A program made the translations under genes and the position numbers. From Mobula hypostoma (lineage: Eukaryota), in NCBI RefSeq assembly GCF_963921235.1, contig NC_086097.1, forward strand, positions 251,350,001-251,414,000: a DNA stretch of 64,000 nucleotides. Reading direction: 5' to 3'. Below, one piece after another: positions 13,226 to 25,398 of this stretch (its first letter is position 1; the number at the start of each line of letters is the position of its first letter). Under the pieces are notes generated by a model, which did no database searches, was not told the DNA's origin, and saw nothing but the letters and a program-made list of their open reading frames with translations.

Positions 13226-15569
13226 TTGAGGTGAATGCTCATTTCAGTACTTCTGTGAGATTGTTTTGTCTTTGAACACGGTAAACTAACAATTGGGAAA
13301 AGGATTTTCACTCTTTATAGAACAAAGAACATGGAACAGCACAGCACAGTACAGGCCCCTCAGCCCATGATGTTGTGCCGAAATTTAACTGACTCTAAGG
13401 TCCATCTAACCCTTCCCTCTCATGTAGCCTCAGTTTTTCTATCATCCATGTCCCTTTCTGAGAGTTTCTTAAATGTTCCAGTGATCATTCCATGCACCCA
13501 CCCACTCTCTGTGTAAAAAAAAAACTCACCTCTGACTTTCTCCCGATACTTTCCTTCTATCACCTTAATATAATTTATTTATTTAGAGATACAGTGTGGA
13601 ACAGGTCCTTCCAGACCTTTGATCTACACAGCCCAGCAACCCCCGATTTAACCCGGGCCTAATCATAGGACAATTAACCTATCAACTAGTATGTCTTTGA
13701 ACAGTGGGAGGAAACGGGAGCACCCGGAGAAAACATATGCATTCCATGGGGAGGACGTACAGGCTCCTTGCAGATGACGTCAGAATTGAACTCCAAGCTC
13801 CAATGCTTCAAGCTGTAATAGCATTGCATTAACCATTACATTACCATGGCGCCCCCATTATGTGCCCTTGTATGAGCCATTTCCTCCCTGGGAAAATGTC
13901 TCTGGCTGTCCACTCGATATATGCTTCATGTCATCTTGTACACCTCTATCAGGTTACCTCTCATCCTCCTTCACTCTGAAGAGAAAAGCCACAGTTCCCT
14001 CAACCTTTCTTTATAAGACGTGCTCTCTAGTCCAGGCAGCACCCTGGTAAATCTCTGCACCCTCTCTAAAGCTTCCGCATCCTTCCAATAATGAGGTGAT
14101 CAGAACTGAACACAATATTCCAAGTGTGGTCTCACCAAGGTTTTATAGGCTGCGGCATTATCTCACCAACTCACGAAGGCCAGCCCACCGTACACCTTCA
14201 TTATGTATGTTTGAAATGTGCTGTTCATTTTACAGTGTGTATTTGTGAGTTTATTAAAAGATTGATGTCAGAAATCTATCGGATTGTAAAGATCATTGTG
14301 CGGTTTCTGGATAGTTTCAAAGTTAACAACTACCATGCTGTGTACTGGGTTGCTTAGCCATTTTGACCACGATGGGATTGAATTTAAAAGTTACATTAAT
14401 TAAAAAATGGATGCTCCATATTTCTGATAATTATTTTGCCAATCCTGTTGACACAAGCCACCAGCCACCTCTTTTAAGTAGCTTGGATTTATTTATCATG
14501 TGTACATTGAAACATACAGTACTGTTCAGAAGTCTTGTTGTTGAGTGCCATCAAGTCGTCACTGACCCTATGGATAGTGTAATCGTCCACAGGGTTTTCG
14601 TGGCCTTTGTTCTGCACAGGTACTGCAGCTGCCCAGGTTGGATCTGAACTCAGGACCACCCACCTCAAAGTCCAGTGCTGATGCCACTACACTATCAGCC
14701 AGCCCAAACATATACACAGAGAGGGTGCCCAAGACTTTTACACAGTACTGTAATAATTTTATATATTGTACTGTACTCCTGCCACACAAAAAAACAAAAT
14801 GTCATGACATATGTGAGTGATGATAAACCTGATTCTAATATGGGTGGACTGAGAGTGGGAAGGGGGCAGGGAGAGGGGAATCATGGTTGGGAAAAGGGGT
14901 CTCAGGGCTGGGTGTGTCTGCACCATTGCACCCTTCTGGCACTCCATCTCTGCCACCTGTCCCACATCCCTCCCACGGCGCTGGGTGAGTCTACACCTGT
15001 GCCAACATCCCATCCTGACACTCCTTCTCTGCCACCTGTCCCACACCCCTCCCACGGCGCTCCACCCTCACCATTCCCAACATCCTTTGCTCCCGCCAAA
15101 CTTACAAACTCACTCTCCGCTCCACATTGACAAATTCAGGACTGTGCTAAAGTCATAGGCACCCTAGCTTTATATATGTGCCTAAGACTTTTGCACAGTA
15201 CTGTACAGTGAAATGTGTTGTTTATGTTAACAGCCAACACCCCAAAGGATGTGCAGGGAGCAGCCTGCAAATGTCACACATTCTGGCGCCAGCACTGCGT
15301 GCCTGCCACATTCAACAGAACATGCCAAGTGACAAAGCAAGCCCCATTCCTCACTCCCAAATGCACACCCACCTACCTGCGCATGTAGACAGTCCTCTGA
15401 CCTCAGGGCAAGTTGGTTTCATTGATTGACTAAATGATCGGGCACCAACAAAATCTTAGGGAAAGTCAGGAAGAGCCTCGATCTGCAAAAGTAGTGATTC
15501 AATTTGGAGCAGGAACTGATATGTAATGAGTGAACATGTGCTATGTGGAACACAGAAGCCTTCAGTAAA

Positions 15570-18500
15570 ACCATGAGACATTGGGACAGAATTAGGCCAT
15601 TCAGCCCATTGAGTCTGCTCCTACATTCCGTCATGGCTGATTTATTATCCCTCCCAATCCCATTCTCCTGCCTTCTCCCCGTAACTTTTGATGCTCTGAC
15701 TAATCGTGAATCTATCAACCTCTGCTTTAAATATACCCAATGGCTTGGCTTCCACAGCCATCTGTAGCAATGATTTCCACAGATTCACCACCCTCTGGCT
15801 AAAGAAATTCCTCCTCATCATCCAGTCAGTACAGGCCCAGTGTCAGCAAACACTCTTCATATGATAACCCTTTCTTTTCCAGAATAACTCTCATGAATCT
15901 CCTCTGAACCCTCTCCAGATCGTGTCTAACAAGCCTGATAGAGTTCTTTGAGGAAGTGACCAGGCATATAGATGAGGGTAGTGCAGTGGATGTGATCTAT
16001 ATGGATTTTAGTAAGGCATTTGACAAGGTTCCACACGGTAGGCTTATTCAGAAAGTCAGGAGGCATGGGATCCAGGGAGGTTTGGCCAGGTGGATTCAGA
16101 ATTGGCTTGCCTGCAGAAGGCAGAGGGTGGTGGTGGAGGGAGTACATTCAGATTGGAGGATTGTGACTAGTGGTCTCCCACAAGGATCTGTTCTGGGACC
16201 TCTACTTTTCGTGATTTTTATTAACGACCTGGATGTGGGGGTAGAAGGGTGGGTTGGCAAGTTTGCAGACAACACAAAGGTTGGTGGTGTTGTAGATAGT
16301 GTAGAGGGTTGTCGAAGATTGCAGAGAGACGTTGATAGGATACAGAAGTGGGCTGAGAAGTGGCAGATGGAGTTCAACCCGGAGAAGTGTGAGGTGGTAC
16401 ACTTTGGAAGGACAAACTCCAAGGCAGAGTACAAAGTAAATGGCAGGATACTTGGTAGTGTGGAGGAGCAGAGGGATCTGGGGGTACATGTCCACAGATC
16501 CCTGAAAGTTGCCTCACAGGTAGATAGGGTAGTTAAGAAAGCTTATGAGGTGTTAGCTTTCATAAGTCAAGGGATAGAGTTTAAACATCGCGATGTGATG
16601 ATGCAGCTCTATAAAACTCTGGTTAGGCCACACTTGGAGTACTGTGTCCAGTTCTGGTCACCTCACTATAGGAAGGATGTGGAAGCATTGGAAAGGGTAC
16701 AGAGGAGCTTTACCATGATGCTGCCTGGTTTAGAGAGTATGCATTATGATCAGAGATTAAGGGAGCTAGGGCTTTACTCTTTGGAGAGGAGGAGGATGAG
16801 AGGAGACATGATAAAAGTGTATAAGATAATAAGAGGAATAGATAGAATGGATAGCCAGCACCCCTTCCCCAGGGCACCACTGCTCAATACAAGAGGACAT
16901 GGCTTTAAGGTAAGGGGTGGGAAGTTCAAGGGGGATATTAGAGGAAGGTTTTTTACTCAGAGAGTGGTTGGTGTGTGGAATGCACTGCCTGAGTCAGTGG
17001 TGGAGGCAGGTACACTAGTGAAGTTTAAGAGACTACTGGACAGGTATATGGAGGAATTTAAGTTGGGGGCTTATACGGGAGGCAGGGTTTGAGGGTCAGC
17101 ACAACATTGTGGGCCGAAGGGCCTGTACTGTGCTGTACTATTCTATGTTCTAATGTCAGCACACCATCTGTTAGATTAGGGCCCAAAATTCCAAGTGTGG
17201 TTCGACCAGTGCCTTATAAAGCCTCAGCATTACATCCTTGTTCTTATATTCTTGTCCTCTCAAAATGAATGCTAGAATTGCATTTGCCTTCCTCACCACT
17301 CAACCTGCAAGTTAGCTTTTAAGGAATCCTGCACATGGACTCTGAAGTCCCTTTGCACCTCTGACTTTTGAACTTTCTTCCCATTTAGAAAATAGTCTAT
17401 ACCTTTATTCCTTCTACCAAATTGCATGACCATGCACTTCCTTACACTATATTCCATCTGCTACTGCTTTGCCCATTCTCCCAATCTGTCCAAGTCCTTC
17501 TACAGTCGTCCTGCTTCCTCAACACTACCTGCCCCTCCACCTGTCTTTGTATTGTCTGAAAACTTGACTACAAAGCTATCAACTTTGTCATCCAAATCAT
17601 TGACATATAACGTGAAAAGAAGCGGTCCCAATACTGACACTACTAGTCATCGGCAGCCAACCAGAAAAGGCTCCCTTTATTCCCACTCTTTGCCTCCTGC
17701 CAATCAGCCACTGCTTTATCCATGCTAGAATTTTCCTGTAATACCACTGGCTCTTATCTTGTCAAATAGCCTCACCTGTGGCATCTTGACAAAGGCCTTC
17801 TGAAAATTCAGGTATACAACCCTAATGATTCTCCTTCATCTATCCTGTCTGTTATTTCCTCAAAGAATTGAACAAATTTGTCAGGTAAGGTTTCTCCTTA
17901 AGGAAACCATGCTGACGTAGGTCGATTTTATCATGTGCCAAAGTACCCTGAAATCTCATTCTTAATAATCAACTCCAACATCAGGCTCCGAGGTCAGGCC
18001 TATAATTTCCTTTCTTCTGCCTCTCTCTCTTCTTAAAGTATTCAGTGGCATTTGCAGTTTTCCTGTGTTCCAGAACCATGCTAGAACTGAGTGATTTTTG
18101 AAAGATCATTACTAATGCCTCCACAATCTCTTCAGCTACCTCTTTCAGAACCCCAGGGTGTAGTCTATCTGGTCCAGGGAACTTTTCTACCTTCAGACTT
18201 TTCAGTTTCCTAAACACCTTCTCCTTAGTAATAGTAACTGTACTCACTTCTGCCCCCTGATGCTCCAGAATTTCTGGAATACTGCCAGTGCCTTCCACAG
18301 TGAAGTCAGATGCAAAATACTTCTAATGTTCTTCCGTCATTTCTTTGTCCCCCATTACTACCTCTTGAGTGTCATTTTCCAGTGGTCTGATATCCACTCT
18401 CACCTCTCTTTTATTCTACTTTGAAAATACTTTTGGTATACTCCTACCTTCATATTTCATCTTTTCACTCTTTATGGTTTTTTTTTTAGTTGCCTTATGT

Positions 18501-18690
18501 CCTGTAAAAGCTACCCAATCCTCTAACCTTCCATTATCTTTTTATATATTATTTGCCTTCTGTTTAGCTTTAAGCTGTCTTCGACTTCCCTTGTCACCCA
18601 TGGTTGCCTCATCCAGCCTTTAGAAAACTTCTTTATCTTCGGGATGTATCTGTGCCTTCCATTGCTCCTGGAAACTCCAGCCACTGCTGT
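15570..18690 (-). mobile_element. Older CR1 LINE, interrupted by a younger CR1 at 15918-17152
   Basis: KFPGPDRLHPGVLKEVAEEI in ORF 17981-18298; host sequence ctctcca|atgtcagc rejoins across the insert. Confidence 0.85.
15918..17152 (+). mobile_element. Young CR1 LINE, 5'-truncated, open RT frame
   Basis: 378-aa ORF with RT motifs; ctattctatgttcta tail; same subfamily as 5277-7248 and 36965-38564. Confidence 0.95.
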
Positions 18691-18859
18691 TCGGTTGTTC
18701 CACCTATCTAACCCTTCCCTAATCACAGGACAATTTACAATGACCAATTAGCCTACTAACCGGTACGTCTTTGGAATGCCCAGAGAAAACCCACACGGTC
18801 ACGGAGGGAATGTACAAACATCCTACAGAGGACAGCAGAACTGAACTCTGAACTATAAT

Positions 18860-19093
18860 GCAGACACAAGGAATTCTGCAGATGCTGGAAATTCAAGCAA
18901 CACACATCAAAGTTGCCGGTGAACGCAGCAGGCCAGGCAGCATCTCTAGGAAGAGGTACAGTCGACATTTTGGGCCGACAGCCTTTGTCAGGACTCAGGT
19001 CCTGATGAAGGGTCTCGGCCCAAAACATCGACTGTACCTCTTCCTAGAGATGCTGCCTAGCCTGCTGCGTTCACCAGCAACTTTGATGTGTTT
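18860..19093. mobile_element. Foldback element made of two head-to-head Penelope ends
   Basis: 93-bp arms at 18902-18994 and 18999-19091 with a 4-nt loop; flanking tctgaacta(t/c)aat direct repeat at 18847 and 19094. Confidence 0.85.
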
Positions 19094-20182
19094 TCTGAAC
19101 TACAATAGTATTGTCCTAATCACCACACTACCGTGGCACCCTCTTGTGTAGACCAGTATAGGAGGATATCGGAGGCAGGCTTTTTGTTACACAGAGAGTG
19201 GTGGCGTGCTGCCGGGGGTGGTGGTAGAGACAGATACATCAGTGACATTTAAAAGACTCTTAGATAGGCACATGGACGATAGAAAAATGGAGGGCTATTT
19301 AGGAGGGAAGGGTTAGATTGATCTTGGAGTAGGTTGAAAGGCTGGCACGACATCATGGACCACAGAGCCTGTATTGTGATGTTCTGTGTAACACCATGTA
19401 ACCAGCAACATGAAGAAGGATTCCACCCACCCTACTCATGGACTGTTTGTCCCACTCCCATCAGGGATGAGACTATGTAGCATCCACACCAGGACCACCA
19501 GACTCAAAAACAGTTACTTTCCCCAAGCAGTGAGGCTGATCAACACCTCCACCCACTAACCCTCCCCTCCACACCTCCAACCACCACTACTTTATCATTT
19601 CCTGCCAGTCACCTTAGGTACGGACATTTCTGTGCCTAGCGTCACTTTACGGACATACAATCAATCACTCTTGGGCAAGGTGTAGCACCTGCTTAGCCCC
19701 TCCGATTGGGGTCACATAAAGCCAGGGCAGCAGTGGTGGATGGTTGTATGAGCAGCTGGTGCATATCACAAGTCCTGGTTATGCGGTCACTAATCTCCTG
19801 GCAATCTCTGAAGAGTATTGATAATGGCTGGGGTCACCCATCTTGTAAAGACACTGCCCAGCAGAAGGCAATGGCAAACCACTTCTGTAGAGATATTTCA
19901 AAGAACAATCATGGTCATAGAAAGACCATGAATGCCCACATCATATAACACGGCTCATAATGGTGATGATTATAATATGTTCTTTATCTTATTGTGTTTT
20001 TTTGTGCTGCATCGGATTGAAGTAACAATTACTTCATTCTCCTTTACACTTGTGTACTGGAAATGACATTAAACTATTTTGAATCTTAAATCTGTCTACC
20101 TATGCATATGATGATAACCTCAGCCTTGATTTTGCCTTCCACATTGATAACACAAAATATTCCTCATTTGAATTCTACACAG

Positions 20183-20401
20183 GTTCTTAACAGGTGCACG
20201 TCAACACCCCTGGTTCCCGTTGCCCCTGCTCCTATCATTCCTGTGAGGCCTCAGCCATATATACCTGCTGCAAGTATTCGAGACTGTGTCCGTTTACGAG
20301 GCCTGCCCTACACTGCCACAATTGAGGATATTCTGGAGTTCCTGGGGGAATTTGCCTCTGATATTCGACCTCAAGGAGTGCATGTGGTATTGAATCACCA
20401 G
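20183..20401 (+). CDS. esrp1: esrp1 coding exon, linker and start of RRM3 (VLNRCTSTP...[11 protein letters not shown]...GVHVVLNHQ)
   Basis: Acceptor ctacacag|, donor CAG|gtgagg; 219 nt, phase 0-0. Confidence 0.95.
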
Positions 20402-21044
20402 GTGAGGTAGTAAAGCAAATTAAATTTCAAAGTAAATTGAAAATCCTAAGTAAATTTTATTATTAGAATACTCTATAATGAATCTCACCATATACCACAC
20501 AGAGATTCATTTTCCTGTGGGTATACTCAGCAACCTGTAGAGTAATAACTATAACAGGGTCAATGAAAGATCAACCAGAGTGCAGAAGACAACAAACTGC
20601 GTAAAAGCAAATATAAATAAATAATGAGAACATCAAATAACCAGTTAAAGAGTCCTTAAAGTGAGATCATTGGTTGTGGGAACATCTCAATAGATGAGTG
20701 TAGCCCTGTGGCTGAAGATCCTGATGGTTGAGGGGTGGGAACTGTTCTTGAACCTGGTGATGTGAGTGCTGAGGCTCCTGTACCTTCTACCTGATGGCAG
20801 CAGCGAGAAGAGAGCATGTCCTGGGTTGTGAGGATCTCTGCTGATGGATGTTGCTTTCCTGCAACAGTGTTCCGTGTAAGTGTGCTCAATGGTTGGGAGG
20901 GCTTTACCTGTGATGGATTTTCTGCTCGAAGGCCTTGGTATTTCCATACCAGACTAGTCACATTTAATGTTTTTTAACGATCTCTCATTATCTTTAAATG
21001 TTAGTGTTATCATGTTAAATATGATTTAGTGTAATATAAATTGT

Positions 21045-21335
21045 GGGGTGCCACAGTAGCACAGCAGTTATCGTGACACTATTACAGCTCGGGGCGTCGA
21101 AGGTCAGAGTTCAATTCCCACACTGTCTGTAAGAGGTTTGTACATCCTCATATGAACACGTGGGTTTCCTCCGGGTTCTCCGGTTTCCTCCCACAATCCA
21201 AAGGTGTACCGGTTGGTAGGTTAACTGATCATTATAAATTGTCCTGTGGTTAGGCAAGGGTTAAATGGATGGGCTGCTGGGCAGCATGACTCAAAGGGCC
21301 GGAAGGGTCTGTTCTGTGCTGTATCTCTAAATATA
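21045..21335 (+). mobile_element. V-SINE (HE1-like); related minus-strand copies near 13575-13855 and 18700-18850
   Basis: tRNA-like head (gagttcaattcc B box) plus V-domain gtgggtttcctccggg..ctccggtttcctcccaca. Confidence 0.75.
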
Positions 21336-24095
21336 TATCCACCACACATCAACACTGGCCACAAATTAACGTTTCCTGGAAATGTGTTACTTCTTAGGTG
21401 TTAAATTGCATTTGTGTGTGAATTTACTCATTCACAAGACATTTTCTGGCTTTGGTCCCTCGTGGATAGCAACTGCTTAAAATAAGTTTGATATTTCTTT
21501 ATGCTATTCATGCTGTTTTGGTTTATTTAAGTTGGTTCTTGCTTAACAAGTGGTCACAGAGTCACGGAACAGGCCCTTCGGCCCATCTAGTCCATGCTGG
21601 ACTGTTATTCTGCCTCTTCCCATCGATCTGCACCTTGGACCATAACCCACCACACCCCTCTCGTCCAGGTACTTATCCAAACTTCTCTAAAATGTTGTAG
21701 TTCAGCCCATATCCATTACCCTGCCACCACAGCCCATTAGGACGAAAGAAAAAAAGAAATAGATAAATAAATGGATATATAAATAGGTAAGTGCATAAAT
21801 AAATAAATTTCCTCTCACAGTCCAAAGCTTACTGGTTAGTAGGTTAATTAGTGATTGTTGATTGTCCTGCGATTAGGCCCGGGTTAAATCGGGGGTTGCT
21901 GGGAGGGGCGGCTCATCAGGCCGGAAGGTCCTGTTCCACGCGATGTCTCTAAATAAACAAATTGCCATACAGTGACCTGGAGAGAAGTCATCTGGATAGT
22001 GATGGACTGATCAGAGTGACGTGCAGTACTAGTGCATGGTCCCAAGCAGGATACTGCCAGGATCTCATAATTTAGATTTTAACCAGTTCAGAGCCAATAT
22101 GTACTCTGCGAGTTGCTGGGTGATACAGCTTGTTGAACGAGTAGAGCCCATTCTGAGCTATATATAAAATAAAACAGAATATTTTGCTTTGGAACTCTGA
22201 AATAAATGATATACAATTATACAAAAACTTTGCTATACTTGAACAGCAGTTGCTGGTAATCCAGAGTAACATACACAGAATTCTGGAAGTACTCCGCTGG
22301 TCAGGCAGCGCCTATGGAGGGTAGTAAACATACCAGGTTTTGGACTGAGACCCTTCATCAGGCCCTGTTGAAGCTGGAGCACTGTCAGCAGTTTATGGGC
22401 CCTTATCGAAGAAAGGATGTACTAACATTGGAGAGGGTCCAGAAGAGCTTCACGAGAATTACTCTGGGAATGAAAAGGTTAACGTATGAGGAGCATTTGA
22501 TGGCTTTGGGCCTGTACTCGCTAGAGTTCAGAAGAATGAGGCAGAATCCCATTGAAACCTATTGAATACTGAAAGGCCTAGACAAAGAGGCACACGTGAA
22601 ATGCTGGAGGAACTCAGCAGGCCAGGCAACATCTATGGAAAAAAGTACAGTTGGCATTTCGGGCCAAAACCCTTCAGAGCGGATATATGGAGAGAATATT
22701 TCCTATAGTGGTGGGTGAGTGTAGGACCAAAGCGCACAGCCAAGGAATACAGAGATGAGGAGAAATTTCCTTAGTCAGAAGGTGGTGAATCCGTGGAATT
22801 CACTTCACAGATGGTTGTGGAGGCCAAATCATTGGGTATATTTAAAATGGAGGTTGACAGGTTTGTGATTAATCAGGGGTCAAAGGTTACAGAGAGAAGG
22901 CAGGAAAATGGGGTTGAGAGGGATAATTAATCAGCCATGATAAAATGGTGGAGCAGACTCGATAGGCTGACTGGCCTAATTCTGCTCCTATGTCTTATAG
23001 TCTTATGATCTCCAGCGTTTTGTGTTTGCCATACTTGCCAGGTACTGAAGACAAGTGCACATTTTTTGCTTCCATTGCTGTCTATCTGGTCATAAACAGG
23101 GAGCCTCCTGCAGATGGTTCCAAGATTTCAGAGAAGTTTGGATAGGTATTCGGATAGAAGGGCTCTGGACGTTGATGGTGCAAGTTCCGGTTGACGATTC
23201 TAGGCAGAAAGACAATCTGGCATAGACTAGATGGGCTGAAGGGTCTGTTTCTCTGCTGTAGCCCTCTATGACTCCTTCCTTCCACTAACCTGCAGGTCAC
23301 CCTTGGGCCTGCTTAGCCCCCAAGTCAGGGTCACGTGAAGTCATGGGAGCAGGTGGTGGATAGTCGTACGAGCTGCTGTTCTAGATACGTGACCACTGAC
23401 ACCAGGCAGACAGCCTCTGAAGAGTATTGATAATGGCTGGTGTCACCTGTCTTGTAAAGGCACTGCCCAGAAAACGGTAATGGCAAACCAATTCTGTAGA
23501 AAAATTTGCCAAGAACAATCATAGTCATGAGACCATGATTGTCCATGTCATTGGATATGGCATGTAATGATGATGATAATTATAAAGTGTTGGAGGAAAG
23601 TACTGGGGGGATGTCAGACATAGGTTTTTTTACACAGAGAGTGGTGAGAGTATGGAACAAGCTGCCATGGGTGGTAATAGAGGTAAATACATCAGTGGCA
23701 TTTAAAGAAACTCTCACAACACACTGGAGGAACACAGCAGGTCGGGCAGCATCCATGGAAAAGATCAGTCGATGTTTTGGGCCGGAACCCTTCGTCAGAA
23801 ACTCTTCGCTACTAACTGGGATGATAGAACAATAGAGGATTACGTGGGAGGGAAGGGTTAGACTGATTTTAGCGTAGGTTAATATTAAATCGATCTTAAG
23901 ATAGGTTAAAAGGTCGGCACACCATTGTGGGCTGAAGGGCCTGTACTGTGCTGGATGTTGGCCCGAAACATCAACTCTTTATTCCTTTCCATAGATGCAG
24001 CCTGAGCTGCACTTTGTGTGTGTTGCTCTGTGCTGTGCTGTGGTGCTCTATCGTCTATAACCAATGCCTTGAGAGTCACATCTTGTTGTTTGCAG

Positions 24096-24294
24096 GGCCG
24101 TCCTTCAGGTGATGCCTTTATCCAGATGAAGACGTCGGATCGAGCATTCCTGAGCTCTCAGAAATGTCACAAAAGGACAATGAAGGACAGATACGTTGAA
24201 GCATTCCAGTGTTCAGCTGAGGAAATGAACTTTGTGTTAATGGGTGGCACTTTAACTCGAAATGGCTTGTCACCTCCGCCGTGTAAGTTACCAT
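24096..24294 (+). CDS. esrp1: esrp1 coding exon, end of RRM3 plus [10 protein letters not shown]; alternative donors after 24282 (-CKLP) and 24294 (+CKLP)
   Basis: Acceptor tttgcag|; [11 protein letters not shown]...[12 protein letters not shown]; two GTAAGT donors 12 nt apart, at 24283 and 24295. Confidence 0.95.
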
Positions 24295-24357
24295 GTAAGT
24301 TTGTGTCCATGTAAGTGGTTCTCTATGTGGGGTCCTGGTAGGTGATTTATCCTGGAT

Positions 24358-24470
24358 ACCCCCCTCATCCCCTTCCCCCTCCTCCCCATCCTCCTCCCCC
24401 TCCTCCTCCTCTCCCTCCTCCTCCTCTCCCTCCTCCTCCTCCCCCTCCTTCTTCTCCTCCTTCTCACCCC
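24358..24470. repeat. (CCT)-rich polypyrimidine simple repeat
   Basis: Seen directly; explains the poly-Glu ORF on the minus strand. Confidence 0.9.
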
Positions 24471-24748
24471 TACTGAGGCCTAGACTGCCGATAGCAGCCT
24501 GCAAAGTCCTCTGTTCTTGGCTGGAAGGTGATTGGTTCTGTGGTTTTAGCTTTCACAACAAGACTTCATATATCTTCAGGGTGAATATCCTTCCTCTCCC
24601 AGAGATGAGGTCTTTGAAGCTTCTGTCAGTGTCTCTGTAGCTCTGGGTTTTTATGAATGGGGTTGCTAGATCCATGCCCAACCTCCCTCCTTTCACAGCC
24701 GGGCTGGGGACCATCCATGGCAGAGTTATTCAAAATAACTCATCTTCT

Positions 24749-24749
<1 letters not shown>

Positions 24750-24800
<51 letters not shown>
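24750..24800. repeat. (GT)25 microsatellite
   Basis: Seen directly. Confidence 0.98.
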
Positions 24801-24801
<1 letters not shown>

Positions 24802-25398
24802 CTTACATTTGGGGTGGTTTCTGTATTTCAGAAAACAGTTTTAATATTATAAGGTTTATATGGATTTGAATGATCTCTTAAATATCTGGCAATAACAGAT
24901 TTGTGCAATTTGTTTGATTTGGAGAAATTTACAAAGAAATCTGTGCAGGAGAGTTTTTAAAGCAGAAAAGCATTGCACTAGGGCAAGAAAAACCTTCCCT
25001 ACCATCGGGCACACTTACACAGAGTGCTGCCTACCATCAGGGACGTCCACCACCCAGGTCACGCTCTCTTCTCGCTGCCACCATCAGCAAGAAGGTACAG
25101 GAGTCTCAGAACCCACAGCACCACGTTCAGGAACATTTATTACCCCTCAAACATCAGGCTATTGAATCAGCGTGGATAACATCACTCAACTTCACTCACC
25201 CCACCACTGAACTGTTCCCACAACCTATAGACTCACTTTCAAGGACTCCACAGCTAAGGTTGTCTCTGTGGTTAAGAAGGCATACAGTGCATTGGCCTTC
25301 ATCAATCATGGGACTGAGTTTAGGAGCTGAGAGATAATGTTGCAGCTATATAGGACCCTGGTCAGACCCCATTTGGAGTACTGTGCTCAGTTCTGGTC

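Noticed and set aside
24118..24504. Glu-rich minus-strand ORF
   Set aside because: Produced by the (CCT)n tract and the antisense of an esrp1 exon.
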